Shown in pieces: positions 20,296 through 29,271 of a stretch of DNA of 32,000 nt. This DNA is from Bdellovibrionales bacterium (GTDB lineage Bacteria; Bdellovibrionota; Bdellovibrionia; Bdellovibrionales; UBA1609). The position numbers and the translations under genes were made by a program. Under the pieces are notes generated by a model, which saw only the letters and a list, made by a program, of their open reading frames with translations, was not told where the DNA came from and ran no database searches. The stretch's first letter is position 1, and each line of letters opens with the position of its first letter. The stretch is taken from the NCBI GenBank assembly GCA_965247685.1, contig OZ252021.1:300001-332000 (forward strand), written 5' to 3'.

Positions 20296-21069
20296 ATGAA
20301 TTCCACTTCTATTGAATCGTGTACCAATGCTTTTCCTTATGATGGAGAATTATTCTTACCTCAAGAACAAAAGTTTAAAGAAGTTATTATCTTTACTCAT
20401 CATTATGGAGGTCATAAAAAACAATTACGAAGGCATATTCATTTCGTTAATCAAATAGGATTTAAAGCTTTTGCTTTTAATTTATTTCCTCAACCCTTTC
20501 ATGGTTCCTTTGAGTTACTCAAGCAGCCTCGCTTCTACTTGTCTCCTCTTCAAGTTCAATGGGAAAAACAAATTTCCGACATTTTAAAATTTTTCCATAA
20601 TGAACCCAAAGTCTTTTTTAGTTTTTCTTTTTCCTGCAATGTGATTTCTCAGATCATCTCCAAAGTTCCAAATGTTCGAGCTGTTATCTTTGACGGAGGT
20701 CCTTTTGCACAGCTTTTTCAAAATCCATGGAAATATTTATCTTATCAAGAAGTCATTTCAAACCCTATTTTACGAGCCCTTGCTATTATACCTTGGAATT
20801 TTTTTTGCGGCTCCTATTTACTCAAATTCAAAATCCACCGTTCCATGAAAAAATGGTCTAAGAATTTCCCTGTGTTGAGTTATCAAGCAGTTCAAGATAA
20901 ACTAGTTTCTCCCGAGGCTATAAATACACTACTAAAAAAACACACTCATCTCAAAACTCAAGTGGTCACTCTCGCTCAAGTGCAACATCTTCAAGGGATG
21001 AAGTTTCAAACTGAAGAATATCAACGAACATTAAAAGATTTTCTCACACAAAACACCACTCCTATTTGA
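20296..21069 (+). CDS. hypothetical protein, possibly alpha/beta-hydrolase fold
   Basis: 257 aa, starting 11 nt after the OMT stop. The pattern is a beta-strand plus HH (VIIFTHHYGG), a strand-turn KVFFSFSFSCNV where a nucleophile elbow would sit, a late Asp (QDKLVSP) and a late His (VQHLQG). The assignment is by eye and tentative. Confidence 0.35.
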   Translation: MNSTSIESCTNAFPYDGELFLPQEQKFKEVIIFTHHYGGHKKQLRRHIHFVNQIGFKAFAFNLFPQPFHGSFELLKQPRFYLSPLQVQWEKQISDILKFFHNEPKVFFSFSFSCNVISQIISKVPNVRAVIFDGGPFAQLFQNPWKYLSYQEVISNPILRALAIIPWNFFCGSYLLKFKIHRSMKKWSKNFPVLSYQAVQDKLVSPEAINTLLKKHTHLKTQVVTLAQVQHLQGMKFQTEEYQRTLKDFLTQNTTPI

Positions 21070-21133
21070 AGATTCTTTAACATAAAATAACTATTGTCAC
21101 AAACTCTCATCTCTAATACAGTAGAGAATTAAT

Positions 21134-23548
21134 ATGGCATTTAATCACAATGAAGTTGAACAAAAATGGCAGGCAAAATGGGAGGAGTCTAAGTGCTTTC
21201 AGGCTCACATTATTCCTGGCAAAAAAAAGTTTTATGCACTAGATATGTTCCCCTACCCCTCAGGTGCAGGGCTTCATGTGGGACACCTTTCTTCTTATAC
21301 CCCTACAGACATCGTTTCTCGATACAAAAGGACACAAGGTTTTAATGTTCTCCATCCTATTGGTTACGATGCTTTCGGTTTACCTGCTGAACAATATGCC
21401 ATTCAAACGGGAACTCATCCAGAAAAAACAACTCAAAAAGCAATTCAAAATTTTAAAAGGCAACTAAAGTCCTTTGGTTATAGTTTTGACTGGAGTCGTG
21501 AAATTTGCACTTGTGATCCTTCGTACTACAAGTGGACTCAAAAAATATTTCTTTTACTTTTTAAGAAAAATTTAGCTTATAAAAAAAATGCACCAGTGAA
21601 TTGGTGTCCTGAACTTCGAACAACTTTAGCCAATGAAGAAGTGATAGATGGAAAAAGTGAAAGAGGCGGACACCCTGTTATTCAGCAACACCTTAAACAA
21701 TGGATTTTAAAAATTACAGAGTATGCCGAACGACTTTTGCAGGACTTAAAGAATATCGACTGGCCTCAAAGAACAAAAGACGGACAAATTCACTGGATCG
21801 GAAAAAGCCAAGGGCTCTGCATGAATTTTCCTATCCAAAACTCAAGTGAAAAAATTCAAATTTTTACCACCCGCCCTGATACTATTTTTGGATCCACCTT
21901 TCTCGTTCTTTCTCCTGAACATCCTTTGATTGAAAAAGAATTTTCAAAAAATAAAGAGTTTCAAAAAATCCAAGAGTATCAGAGTCAATCTCAACATGTG
22001 AATGCTTTAGAACAACAAAAAAATATAACAGTGACAGGGCTCTTTTCTGGAAGCTACGCTGTACATTCTCTTACAAAAGAAAAACTCCCTATATGGATTT
22101 CCAATTATGTACTCATGGAGTATGGAACAGGAGCTATCATGGCTGTTCCGGCTCATGATGAAAGAGATTTCGCTTTTGCTCAAAAATTTAAACTTCCTTG
22201 TCGCCCCGTAATTCAGCCATCCGATTCTAACCCCCCTCTTCCTTACACAGGAGATGGAGTTTGTATTAATTCCCAATTTTTAAATCAACTTACAGTGGCT
22301 GAGTCCAAAAAGAAGATTATTCAATATATGGAAGAAAAAAAATTAGGGTATGCAAAAACACAATACAAATTGCGAGATTGGATTTTCAGTCGACAAAGAT
22401 ATTGGGGAGAGCCTTTTCCTATTGTGTACATGAATTCTAAGGCTCAAGCTGTTCCAGATAAGGAACTTCCTGTCACTTTGCCCCCTACAGTCCATTATAA
22501 GCCTTCCGAAAAAGGAGAACCACCTTTAGCTCGAATTCCGAGTTTTGTTGAATACAACAATGCCTCAGGTCAAAAAGGTGAAAGAGAAACAGACACAATG
22601 CCTGGTTCAGCTGCATCCTCATGGTATTTTTTAAGGTATACGGATCCCCATAATGATCAGGAGCTCTTCAGCTTTGAAGCTCAGAAATATTGGATGCCTG
22701 TAGACCTTTATGTTGGAGGATCAGAACATACTGTAGGACATTTGCTTTATTCTCGATTTTGGCAAAAAGTTTTATATGATTTAGGCTTAGTTTCTCATTC
22801 AGAGCCTTTTAAAAAATTAGTTCACCAAGGATCTCTTCTAGGAGAGGATGGTTTTCGTATGTCTAAATCCAAGGGAAATACTGTGAATCCAGACGATATT
22901 CGCCAAGAGTATGGAGCAGATGCTCTTCGTTTGTATATTTCTTTTCTCGGTCCCTTTGACAAAGACAAGCCGTGGTCAAATAAAGGGATTGAAGGATGTC
23001 GTCGGTTTTTAGATCGTGTGTGGAGGTTGTGTTTTGATGAAAATAATCAAATGATTACAAATGATAAACCTGCATCTGAAAAACTAAATAAGGTTTTTCA
23101 CCAGACTATAAAAAAAGTGACGGAAGACATCGAAAAGATGAGTTTCAATACGGCCATCAGCTCTATGATGATCTTAGTCAATGAGATGTATGCAGAAAAA
23201 TCACACAATCAACATATTCTAAAAACTATTAGTCAGCTTCTTCAGCCTTTTGCTCCACATATTAGCGAAGAAATTTGGGAGTCCTTTGAAGAAAAAGACT
23301 TAGTTTGCCAAGCAGTTTGGCCTCAGTTTGATTCTCAATATATCCGAAGCGAGAAAGTGACTTTAGCTATTCAGATTAATGGGAAACTAAGAGCAACATT
23401 GGAAACGACTCCGTCCGAAACAGAACAAGAAGTTTTGAAGAAAGCGCAAGAATTAGAAAAAATTAACCTGATACTCCAAAAAGGAAAAATTCAGAAAGTG
23501 ATTTATCGCCCTGGACGTATTTTGAATATTGTCTCCACTCCAAAATAA
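21134..23548 (+). CDS. leuS: leucine--tRNA ligase
   Basis: 804 aa. HIGH-type motif PYPSGAGLHVGH, KMSKS-type motif RMSKSKGN, and GTGAIMAVPAHDERDF from the editing domain. Confidence 0.97.
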   Translation: MAFNHNEVEQKWQAKWEESKCFQAHIIPGKKKFYALDMFPYPSGAGLHVGHLSSYTPTDIVSRYKRTQGFNVLHPIGYDAFGLPAEQYAIQTGTHPEKTTQKAIQNFKRQLKSFGYSFDWSREICTCDPSYYKWTQKIFLLLFKKNLAYKKNAPVNWCPELRTTLANEEVIDGKSERGGHPVIQQHLKQWILKITEYAERLLQDLKNIDWPQRTKDGQIHWIGKSQGLCMNFPIQNSSEKIQIFTTRPDTIFGSTFLVLSPEHPLIEKEFSKNKEFQKIQEYQSQSQHVNALEQQKNITVTGLFSGSYAVHSLTKEKLPIWISNYVLMEYGTGAIMAVPAHDERDFAFAQKFKLPCRPVIQPSDSNPPLPYTGDGVCINSQFLNQLTVAESKKKIIQYMEEKKLGYAKTQYKLRDWIFSRQRYWGEPFPIVYMNSKAQAVPDKELPVTLPPTVHYKPSEKGEPPLARIPSFVEYNNASGQKGERETDTMPGSAASSWYFLRYTDPHNDQELFSFEAQKYWMPVDLYVGGSEHTVGHLLYSRFWQKVLYDLGLVSHSEPFKKLVHQGSLLGEDGFRMSKSKGNTVNPDDIRQEYGADALRLYISFLGPFDKDKPWSNKGIEGCRRFLDRVWRLCFDENNQMITNDKPASEKLNKVFHQTIKKVTEDIEKMSFNTAISSMMILVNEMYAEKSHNQHILKTISQLLQPFAPHISEEIWESFEEKDLVCQAVWPQFDSQYIRSEKVTLAIQINGKLRATLETTPSETEQEVLKKAQELEKINLILQKGKIQKVIYRPGRILNIVSTPK

Positions 23549-23834
23549 AACCCACCTGCTACAGATTTAGAATATGGATTTAGACGCTACCCTGATCGAT
23601 TTTATAAGAACGAATGGAAAGGATATCCTCCCTGAATAAATGCCAACAAACTGTCAAAGATCTTTCAATCAAAAAATAGACTTGAAGCCACATTTTGCAT
23701 ATAAAAAAGTAACATTCTCAGGTTTGATACCTATGAGAGTTCCAGTTTACTATTTATCTTTATTCAATCTAAGTATTCTTGACATTAATATATTAATTAC
23801 TTTATGCTCTCTCGAAATTTACAAGCCAAAGGCA

Positions 23835-23868
23835 TGAATCCCACTTTTCAGAGGATTTCTTTTTTAAT
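23835..23868 (+). promoter_or_regulatory. weak hairpin plus T-run just upstream of the speA RBS (possible attenuator)
   Basis: GAATCC (23836-23841) pairs with GGATTT (23853-23858), including one G.U pair. It is followed by CTTTTTTAA, and the RBS AAGGTG lies at 23874-23879. The stem is short and A/U-rich. Confidence 0.2.
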
Positions 23869-23887
23869 CAAAAAAGGTGCATAGCTA

Positions 23888-25816
23888 ATGAATATCTCAA
23901 AATGGAATATTGAAAAGAGTAAAAAGTTGTATGGTGTACCGGAGTGGAGCGGAAACTATTTCAACATTAATAAAAAGGGCAATGTGGAAGTCACTCCTTT
24001 TGGAAAAGATAAGGTCACTGTAGATCTTCACGAAATTGTGAAGGATCTCGTACAAAGACGCATTCATCTCCCAGTTTTGATACGCTTTCCAGATATTATA
24101 CGCTCTCAAATTCAATCTATGAATTCTTATTTTCAAAAAGCCATCCAAGAACATGACTATAAAGGGAAATACTATGGCGTTTTTCCTATTAAGGTGAATC
24201 AACAAAGCCATGTCGTTAAGGATATCGTTCGCTCTGGGAAAGATTATAATACGGGGCTAGAAGTGGGAAGTAAACCTGAATTGCTTATTGCTTTAGCTCT
24301 CACTTCTAGTAATGGAAATCATTTAATTATCTGCAATGGCTTCAAAGATAAGAAGTATATTGAAATGGCTTTAATGTTTCAGAAGGCAGGAAGAAATGTA
24401 TTTATTGTGATTGAAAGAATGAAAGAACTCTCCATTGTTTTGAAGTTAGCAAATAAGTTAAAAATGACTCCTAATATTGGTTTTCGTCTTAAGCTCCATA
24501 CCCAATCTACAGGAAAGTGGGTGGAAAGCTCTGGTTCTAAATCTAAGTTTGGATTGACGGCTGTGGAGATGGTCGAAGCAATAGAAATTCTTAAAACTCA
24601 TAAGAAAACAGAAAGTTTAAAATTATTACATTTTCATATGGGTTCTCAGATCACATCTATTCAACCTATTAAATCTGCAATTAAAGAAGCCTCTCGAATT
24701 TTATACGAGTTACACACTTTGGGTTTTAACATTCAATACATGGATGTAGGAGGTGGATTAGGCATCGATTACGATGGTTCAGGAACCAGTGACAGCTCTA
24801 CCAATTATACACCTCAAGAATATGCCAACGATATAGTGTTTCATCTTCACAGTATCTGTGATGAAAAAAATATTCCACATCCTAATATTATTACTGAGTC
24901 TGGAAGGTTTTTAGTCGCTTACAGCTCTCTACTGGTGTTTAATGTGGTCGACTCTCATCTTGTAGATAAACCTACTTCTGCCATATCTATCTCAAAAAAT
25001 GATCACCCTTTTATACGAGATTTATTTGATATTTACGACCAATTAGAAAATACATCTATTAACGAGTCTTTCAATGATTTAATGGAAAAAAAGAAAGATA
25101 TTCATCAATTGTTTTCTTATGGAGTTCTAAATTTAAATCAGCTCGCTAAAGCTGAAAGTATTTACTGGATGTCTTGCTCTAAATTGAAAAAAATGTCCGA
25201 AAAATACGAAGACCACGAAGATATTTTTCACTCCCTCACTTCTTATTTGACGGATACATATTTTTGTAATTTTTCAGTCTTTCAGAGCTTGCCAGACTCG
25301 TGGGCCCTAAATCACATCTTCCCTGTAATGCCTATTCATCGACTCAATGAAGCTCCAGAACGTCAAGCTGTTTTAGCAGATCTCACTTGTGATTCAGATG
25401 GAAGAATTCATAAGTTTATGAATTATGAAAACTGGACAACAGAAAAATACTTAAGAGTTCATACTTTAAAAAGTAATCAACCTTATTTTTTGGCAACTTT
25501 TTTAATGGGAGCCTATCAAGAAATTTTAGGAGATTTACACAATTTGTTTGGTGATACAGAGGCGGTCCATATCTCCATTCACGATAAAGGCCATTACTCC
25601 ATTGACCATAGGGTGGAAGGAGATAATATTTATGATGTTTTGAAGTATGTGCAGTATCACCGTAAAGATTTGATGAACCAAATTCATACCGCAACAGAAG
25701 ATGGTGTCCGTGATGGTTCCCTCACACAAAAGGAAGCAGGAAACTTGATTGATCAGTTTGAAAAAAGTTTAGTCAGCTCGACTTATCTTTCTGAATTAAT
25801 GCATGCCAAAAAATAA
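23888..25816 (+). CDS. speA: biosynthetic arginine decarboxylase (PLP-dependent)
   Basis: 642 aa. Motifs YGVFPIKVNQQ (PLP lysine), LLHFHMGSQ, MDVGGGLGIDYDG, ITESGR and LTCDSDG. Confidence 0.95.
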   Translation: MNISKWNIEKSKKLYGVPEWSGNYFNINKKGNVEVTPFGKDKVTVDLHEIVKDLVQRRIHLPVLIRFPDIIRSQIQSMNSYFQKAIQEHDYKGKYYGVFPIKVNQQSHVVKDIVRSGKDYNTGLEVGSKPELLIALALTSSNGNHLIICNGFKDKKYIEMALMFQKAGRNVFIVIERMKELSIVLKLANKLKMTPNIGFRLKLHTQSTGKWVESSGSKSKFGLTAVEMVEAIEILKTHKKTESLKLLHFHMGSQITSIQPIKSAIKEASRILYELHTLGFNIQYMDVGGGLGIDYDGSGTSDSSTNYTPQEYANDIVFHLHSICDEKNIPHPNIITESGRFLVAYSSLLVFNVVDSHLVDKPTSAISISKNDHPFIRDLFDIYDQLENTSINESFNDLMEKKKDIHQLFSYGVLNLNQLAKAESIYWMSCSKLKKMSEKYEDHEDIFHSLTSYLTDTYFCNFSVFQSLPDSWALNHIFPVMPIHRLNEAPERQAVLADLTCDSDGRIHKFMNYENWTTEKYLRVHTLKSNQPYFLATFLMGAYQEILGDLHNLFGDTEAVHISIHDKGHYSIDHRVEGDNIYDVLKYVQYHRKDLMNQIHTATEDGVRDGSLTQKEAGNLIDQFEKSLVSSTYLSELMHAKK

Positions 25817-25884
25817 CCTTTGTTAAAAAAACTATAATAAAGTCCATATCTAAGGCTTAAAACACACAAAATAAGTGAAGAAAT

Positions 25885-25915
25885 ATTTCATCTATCATTA
25901 CAATGATAATGAAAT
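25885..25915. promoter_or_regulatory. 31-nt near-perfect palindrome upstream of the antiporter gene (operator or RNA hairpin candidate)
   Basis: ATTTCATCTATCATT-AC-AATGATAATGAAAT. The 14 nt of each arm are complementary apart from one bulged C. It ends 31 nt before ATG 25947. Confidence 0.4.
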
Positions 25916-25946
25916 TAAAAAAATCGGTCACAGGACTTAAAGCTAT

Positions 25947-27191
25947 ATGGAATTGATTATTGTTGGACTAGCCTCTCTCTTCTTTTTAGGTCATGTTTTG
26001 AGTTGGTTTTTCATGAAAACCAAAATTCCAGATTTATTACTATTGATCATTTTAGGTTATACACTGGGTCCTGCAGGCTTTAGTATCATTCAACCTTCTG
26101 ATTTAGGACAAGTAGGTCCTGTTCTTTCCACAGTAGCACTTATTGTTATTCTTTATGAAGGAGGATTACATCTCAGCACTCAAGATTTGATTCGCTCTAG
26201 CTCTTCCTCACTGATTTTATCTTTATTTTCTTTTGGTACTATTACTTTAGTCACTACAATCATTCTGGCACCATTTTTATCTACATCTTTAGCTTTACTT
26301 ACAGGTGTAGGAATTGGAAGCACTTCTTCAGCTATTGTTATCCCTATAGTGAAATTTTTATCTATTTCTAAAAATACAAAAACAGTTTTATCACTAGAGT
26401 CCGCCTTCACAGATGTTTTAACAATTATTATTTTTTTAGGGATTTTAGATAGTTTGATATCTCAACAATACAGTGCAGGCAAATTTATTCTTGGACTGGG
26501 AACAACACCTTTTTTATCTCTGGGTTTAGGAATTGGAGCAGGACTCATTTGGGCTTTTGTAAAGAATTTTTGGAAAAGCTTAAGTCAGCTGCTCTTTTCT
26601 GGAGAAGCTTGGTCTTTGCTCACTTATGGTCTGGCTGAACTCATTGGTATTAATGGCGCTATTAGTGTATTAGCTCTAGGCTTTACACTTTCTAATGTTC
26701 AGCTGTTGCCTAAAGCATTTCATCGTATCTTTAATACAGAAATACAAAGTAATGAAATTTCTTTACTTAGTACATTAACTTTTTTACTTAGAACTTTCTT
26801 CTTTTTGTATTTGGGATTGCTTATTCAATTTGCAAATATAACGACTGTCTTGTTGGCTTTTCTTCTTTGCATAATGATTTTTGTTACTCGTTATATTTGT
26901 GCAAGAATCATTCTTAGAAAAAATGTATATACCCGTTTAGACGCCATGACTATTGTTGCTATGGGACCACGAGGGTTAGCATGTGCTGTGTTAGCCACTC
27001 TCCCTCTTCAAAAAGGAATTGAACAAGGAGAAATCGTCCAAAACTTAATATTCTCTGTCATTCCTTTGTCTATTGTATTTACTTCTATATTTGTTACACT
27101 TTCGGAAAACTTAAAGTTTAGAAATATAATGCAATCTTTATTTAAAAAGTATGATGAATCTTTAGTTTCTAACCCTCCCTCTTCTTCTTAG
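25947..27191 (+). CDS. cation:proton antiporter (Na+/H+ exchanger family, NhaP/CPA1-like)
   Basis: 414 aa with about 11-12 TM segments. The N-terminus KIPDLLLLIILGYTLGPAG is typical of the family, and a TM5-like LESAFTDVLT segment is present. Confidence 0.75.
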   Translation: MELIIVGLASLFFLGHVLSWFFMKTKIPDLLLLIILGYTLGPAGFSIIQPSDLGQVGPVLSTVALIVILYEGGLHLSTQDLIRSSSSSLILSLFSFGTITLVTTIILAPFLSTSLALLTGVGIGSTSSAIVIPIVKFLSISKNTKTVLSLESAFTDVLTIIIFLGILDSLISQQYSAGKFILGLGTTPFLSLGLGIGAGLIWAFVKNFWKSLSQLLFSGEAWSLLTYGLAELIGINGAISVLALGFTLSNVQLLPKAFHRIFNTEIQSNEISLLSTLTFLLRTFFFLYLGLLIQFANITTVLLAFLLCIMIFVTRYICARIILRKNVYTRLDAMTIVAMGPRGLACAVLATLPLQKGIEQGEIVQNLIFSVIPLSIVFTSIFVTLSENLKFRNIMQSLFKKYDESLVSNPPSSS

Positions 27192-27206
27192 TAGTATCTT
27201 TTCTAA

Positions 27207-28235
27207 TCATTTTTTAGGATCAAATGCCATACGAATACCTTCTCCGACAAAATTAAGACTTACCAAAGTCAAAAATAAGAACAAAGATGGAAAAAAGGCA
27301 AGCCACCACCCTATCGTAAAATACTGTTCAGCTTGCAAAAGCAATTCACCCCAGCTTGGAGTAGGTGGAGCTAATCCAAATCCAAGATAATCCAGTATGG
27401 CTAATGTATACACTCCTTGAGCTAATTTAAAAGGAGAAAATGTCACTAGAGGAGTTAATGCATTAGGCAGAATATGCTTGAAAGTGATCATAAAATTACT
27501 CACTCCATAAGATTGAGCAGATTGAACAAATTCCATCTGCCTAATTTTTAAATACTCAGATCGTACATAAAGAGAAATATTCATCCATCCAAAAAAAATA
27601 CTGTACACAGCCAAAACCCACAAGTTCACTCCAAATATAGAAGCAAATGTGATCAAAACTAAAAGAAAAGGCATAGACTGAAAAATTTCTACGATTCTTT
27701 GACCAATCAGATCGATCCAACCTGCACGAAAACCCATAAGCATTCCAAAGAATGTACCGATGAAAAAAGAGCCGAACCACACAATAAAAGCAAAACCAAA
27801 ACTGTAGCGAAAACCATACAATATTCGGCTGAACACATCTCGACCTCGGTTGTCCGTCCCCATCCAATTTGTCCAACTTGGAGGAGAAGGATATTCAGAC
27901 ACTTGAGTGTTGGACTCTGAAGGACTCCAAGGAATTAATGGCCACACCGTCCAATCTTGAGGACTCAAATTCAATTTTTTATAGTTTACAATCACAGTGC
28001 CTTGGGGCAAATCAAAATCACTAGGCGAATAATAATTCATAAATGGAAAATAAAGCTGCTGTTGATAAAACAAAACAAGTGGACGATCATTAGACCAAAA
28101 CTCTGCTGTTAGACTAAAACACAAAAAGACAGTGAGTATAAAAAGAGAATATACACCACGACGACAAGTTAGGAAAACTTTCCATTTTTTTTTCCAAAAG
28201 TGATTTTTTTGAGTATTCATATTAAATTTCACCAA
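27207..28235 (-). CDS. yejE: peptide-type ABC importer permease (YejE-like)
   Basis: 342 aa. It matches my recollection of E. coli YejE along its length (WMGTDNRGRDVFSRILYG, FGWMNISLYVRSEYLKIR, ILDYLGFGL, SWGELLLQ, AFDPKK). The start is TTG 28235 or ATG 28220. Confidence 0.85.
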   Translation of the reverse strand: MVKFNMNTQKNHFWKKKWKVFLTCRRGVYSLFILTVFLCFSLTAEFWSNDRPLVLFYQQQLYFPFMNYYSPSDFDLPQGTVIVNYKKLNLSPQDWTVWPLIPWSPSESNTQVSEYPSPPSWTNWMGTDNRGRDVFSRILYGFRYSFGFAFIVWFGSFFIGTFFGMLMGFRAGWIDLIGQRIVEIFQSMPFLLVLITFASIFGVNLWVLAVYSIFFGWMNISLYVRSEYLKIRQMEFVQSAQSYGVSNFMITFKHILPNALTPLVTFSPFKLAQGVYTLAILDYLGFGLAPPTPSWGELLLQAEQYFTIGWWLAFFPSLFLFLTLVSLNFVGEGIRMAFDPKK

Positions 28236-28239
28236 TATT

Positions 28240-29268
28240 TTATTTTGAAAATGTAATCCTTGGATTCACTAAAATTAAAGAGAGATCAGAGATAAGGCGC
28301 CCCATCACATTCAATACAGCTTGAATAAAGAGTAGAGCCAGTAGAATATGGAAATCTCTTTCTAAAGCTGCATTGAATCCAAGTAATCCAATACCATCTA
28401 GGTTAAATATTTTTTCAACAATCAAAGATCCTGCCAGAAATATTTGTAAAAAATTTCCTATTCCTGTAGCTAACGGAATCAAAGCATTTTTTAAAGCATG
28501 CTTAAATAAAACAGTTTTTTTATTCAAACCTTTTGCATAAGCTGTTCGAATATAGTCTGAATGAATACACTCCAACATTGAGTTCTTCATAAGTAAAGTG
28601 AGAACTGTGAAGTGTCCAATAGTATAACAAATGAGAGGTAAAACAAAATGATGAATGCGATCAGATATTTTTCCAAAAAAATTTCTTTCATAATAATAAT
28701 CGGAATAAAGATCTCCGATTGGAAACCAATCTACAAAAACATTTCCAGTAAAATATGTTTTCAACAGAATACCCAAAATCAAAGGAGGCAGGGCATAGAG
28801 CACCATTAAAATAAAACTACTTATTATATCCAACTGAGTTCCATCTCGAACTGCTTTATAAACCCCAAGAGGTATGGAAATAAGATAGATTAATAAAAAT
28901 GAAAAAAATCCAAATTGCAAAGAAACAGGAAGTTTAGAGATGATAATGTCGATCGCGGGTTCTTCATAAATAAAAGAATCTCCAAAATCTAAAGTGAGGG
29001 CATTCTTTAGCCAGATCAAATACCGCTTCACAATGGGCTGATCCAAACCATATTGCTTTTTTAATTGATTCATCCATTCTTGATTCACTTTATGATGCTG
29101 AGAACCTCCCCCATCACTTGTAAAAGAACTCCCTCCGAAGCGGACTTTATAAAGTTGTCTTTCTAAAGGACCTCCAGGAGCTAGATTAATAATCAGAAAA
29201 CATATCAGAGTAATACCTAATAAAGTAGGAATAAACAGAAGGAGTCGATGAATAAAATATTTCCACAT
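28240..29268 (-). CDS. yejB: peptide-type ABC importer permease (YejB-like)
   Basis: 342 aa. Motifs IHRLLLFIPTLLGITLICFLIINLAPGGP, DFGDSF, LPVSLQFG, YIRTAYAKGL and LVNPRI resemble E. coli YejB. Confidence 0.85.
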   Translation of the reverse strand: MWKYFIHRLLLFIPTLLGITLICFLIINLAPGGPLERQLYKVRFGGSSFTSDGGGSQHHKVNQEWMNQLKKQYGLDQPIVKRYLIWLKNALTLDFGDSFIYEEPAIDIIISKLPVSLQFGFFSFLLIYLISIPLGVYKAVRDGTQLDIISSFILMVLYALPPLILGILLKTYFTGNVFVDWFPIGDLYSDYYYERNFFGKISDRIHHFVLPLICYTIGHFTVLTLLMKNSMLECIHSDYIRTAYAKGLNKKTVLFKHALKNALIPLATGIGNFLQIFLAGSLIVEKIFNLDGIGLLGFNAALERDFHILLALLFIQAVLNVMGRLISDLSLILVNPRITFSK

Positions 29269-29271
29269 GCT

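Noticed and set aside
23640-23837. 65-aa ORF in the leuS-speA spacer
   Set aside because: It has no Shine-Dalgarno, an odd composition and no recognisable motif. I treat it as part of a non-coding leader.
16411-28000. Other short overlapping ORFs in the track (16411-16662, 16430-16615, 16754-17038, 18626-19111, 19764-19982, 21264-21467, 22007-22276, 23897-24211, 25416-25729, 26180-26410, 27556-27920, 31519-31716)
   Set aside because: Each is embedded in a longer ORF with clear family motifs (rlmB-like, yejF, OMT, leuS, speA, antiporter, yejE, speB-like). I treat them as frame-shadow ORFs.
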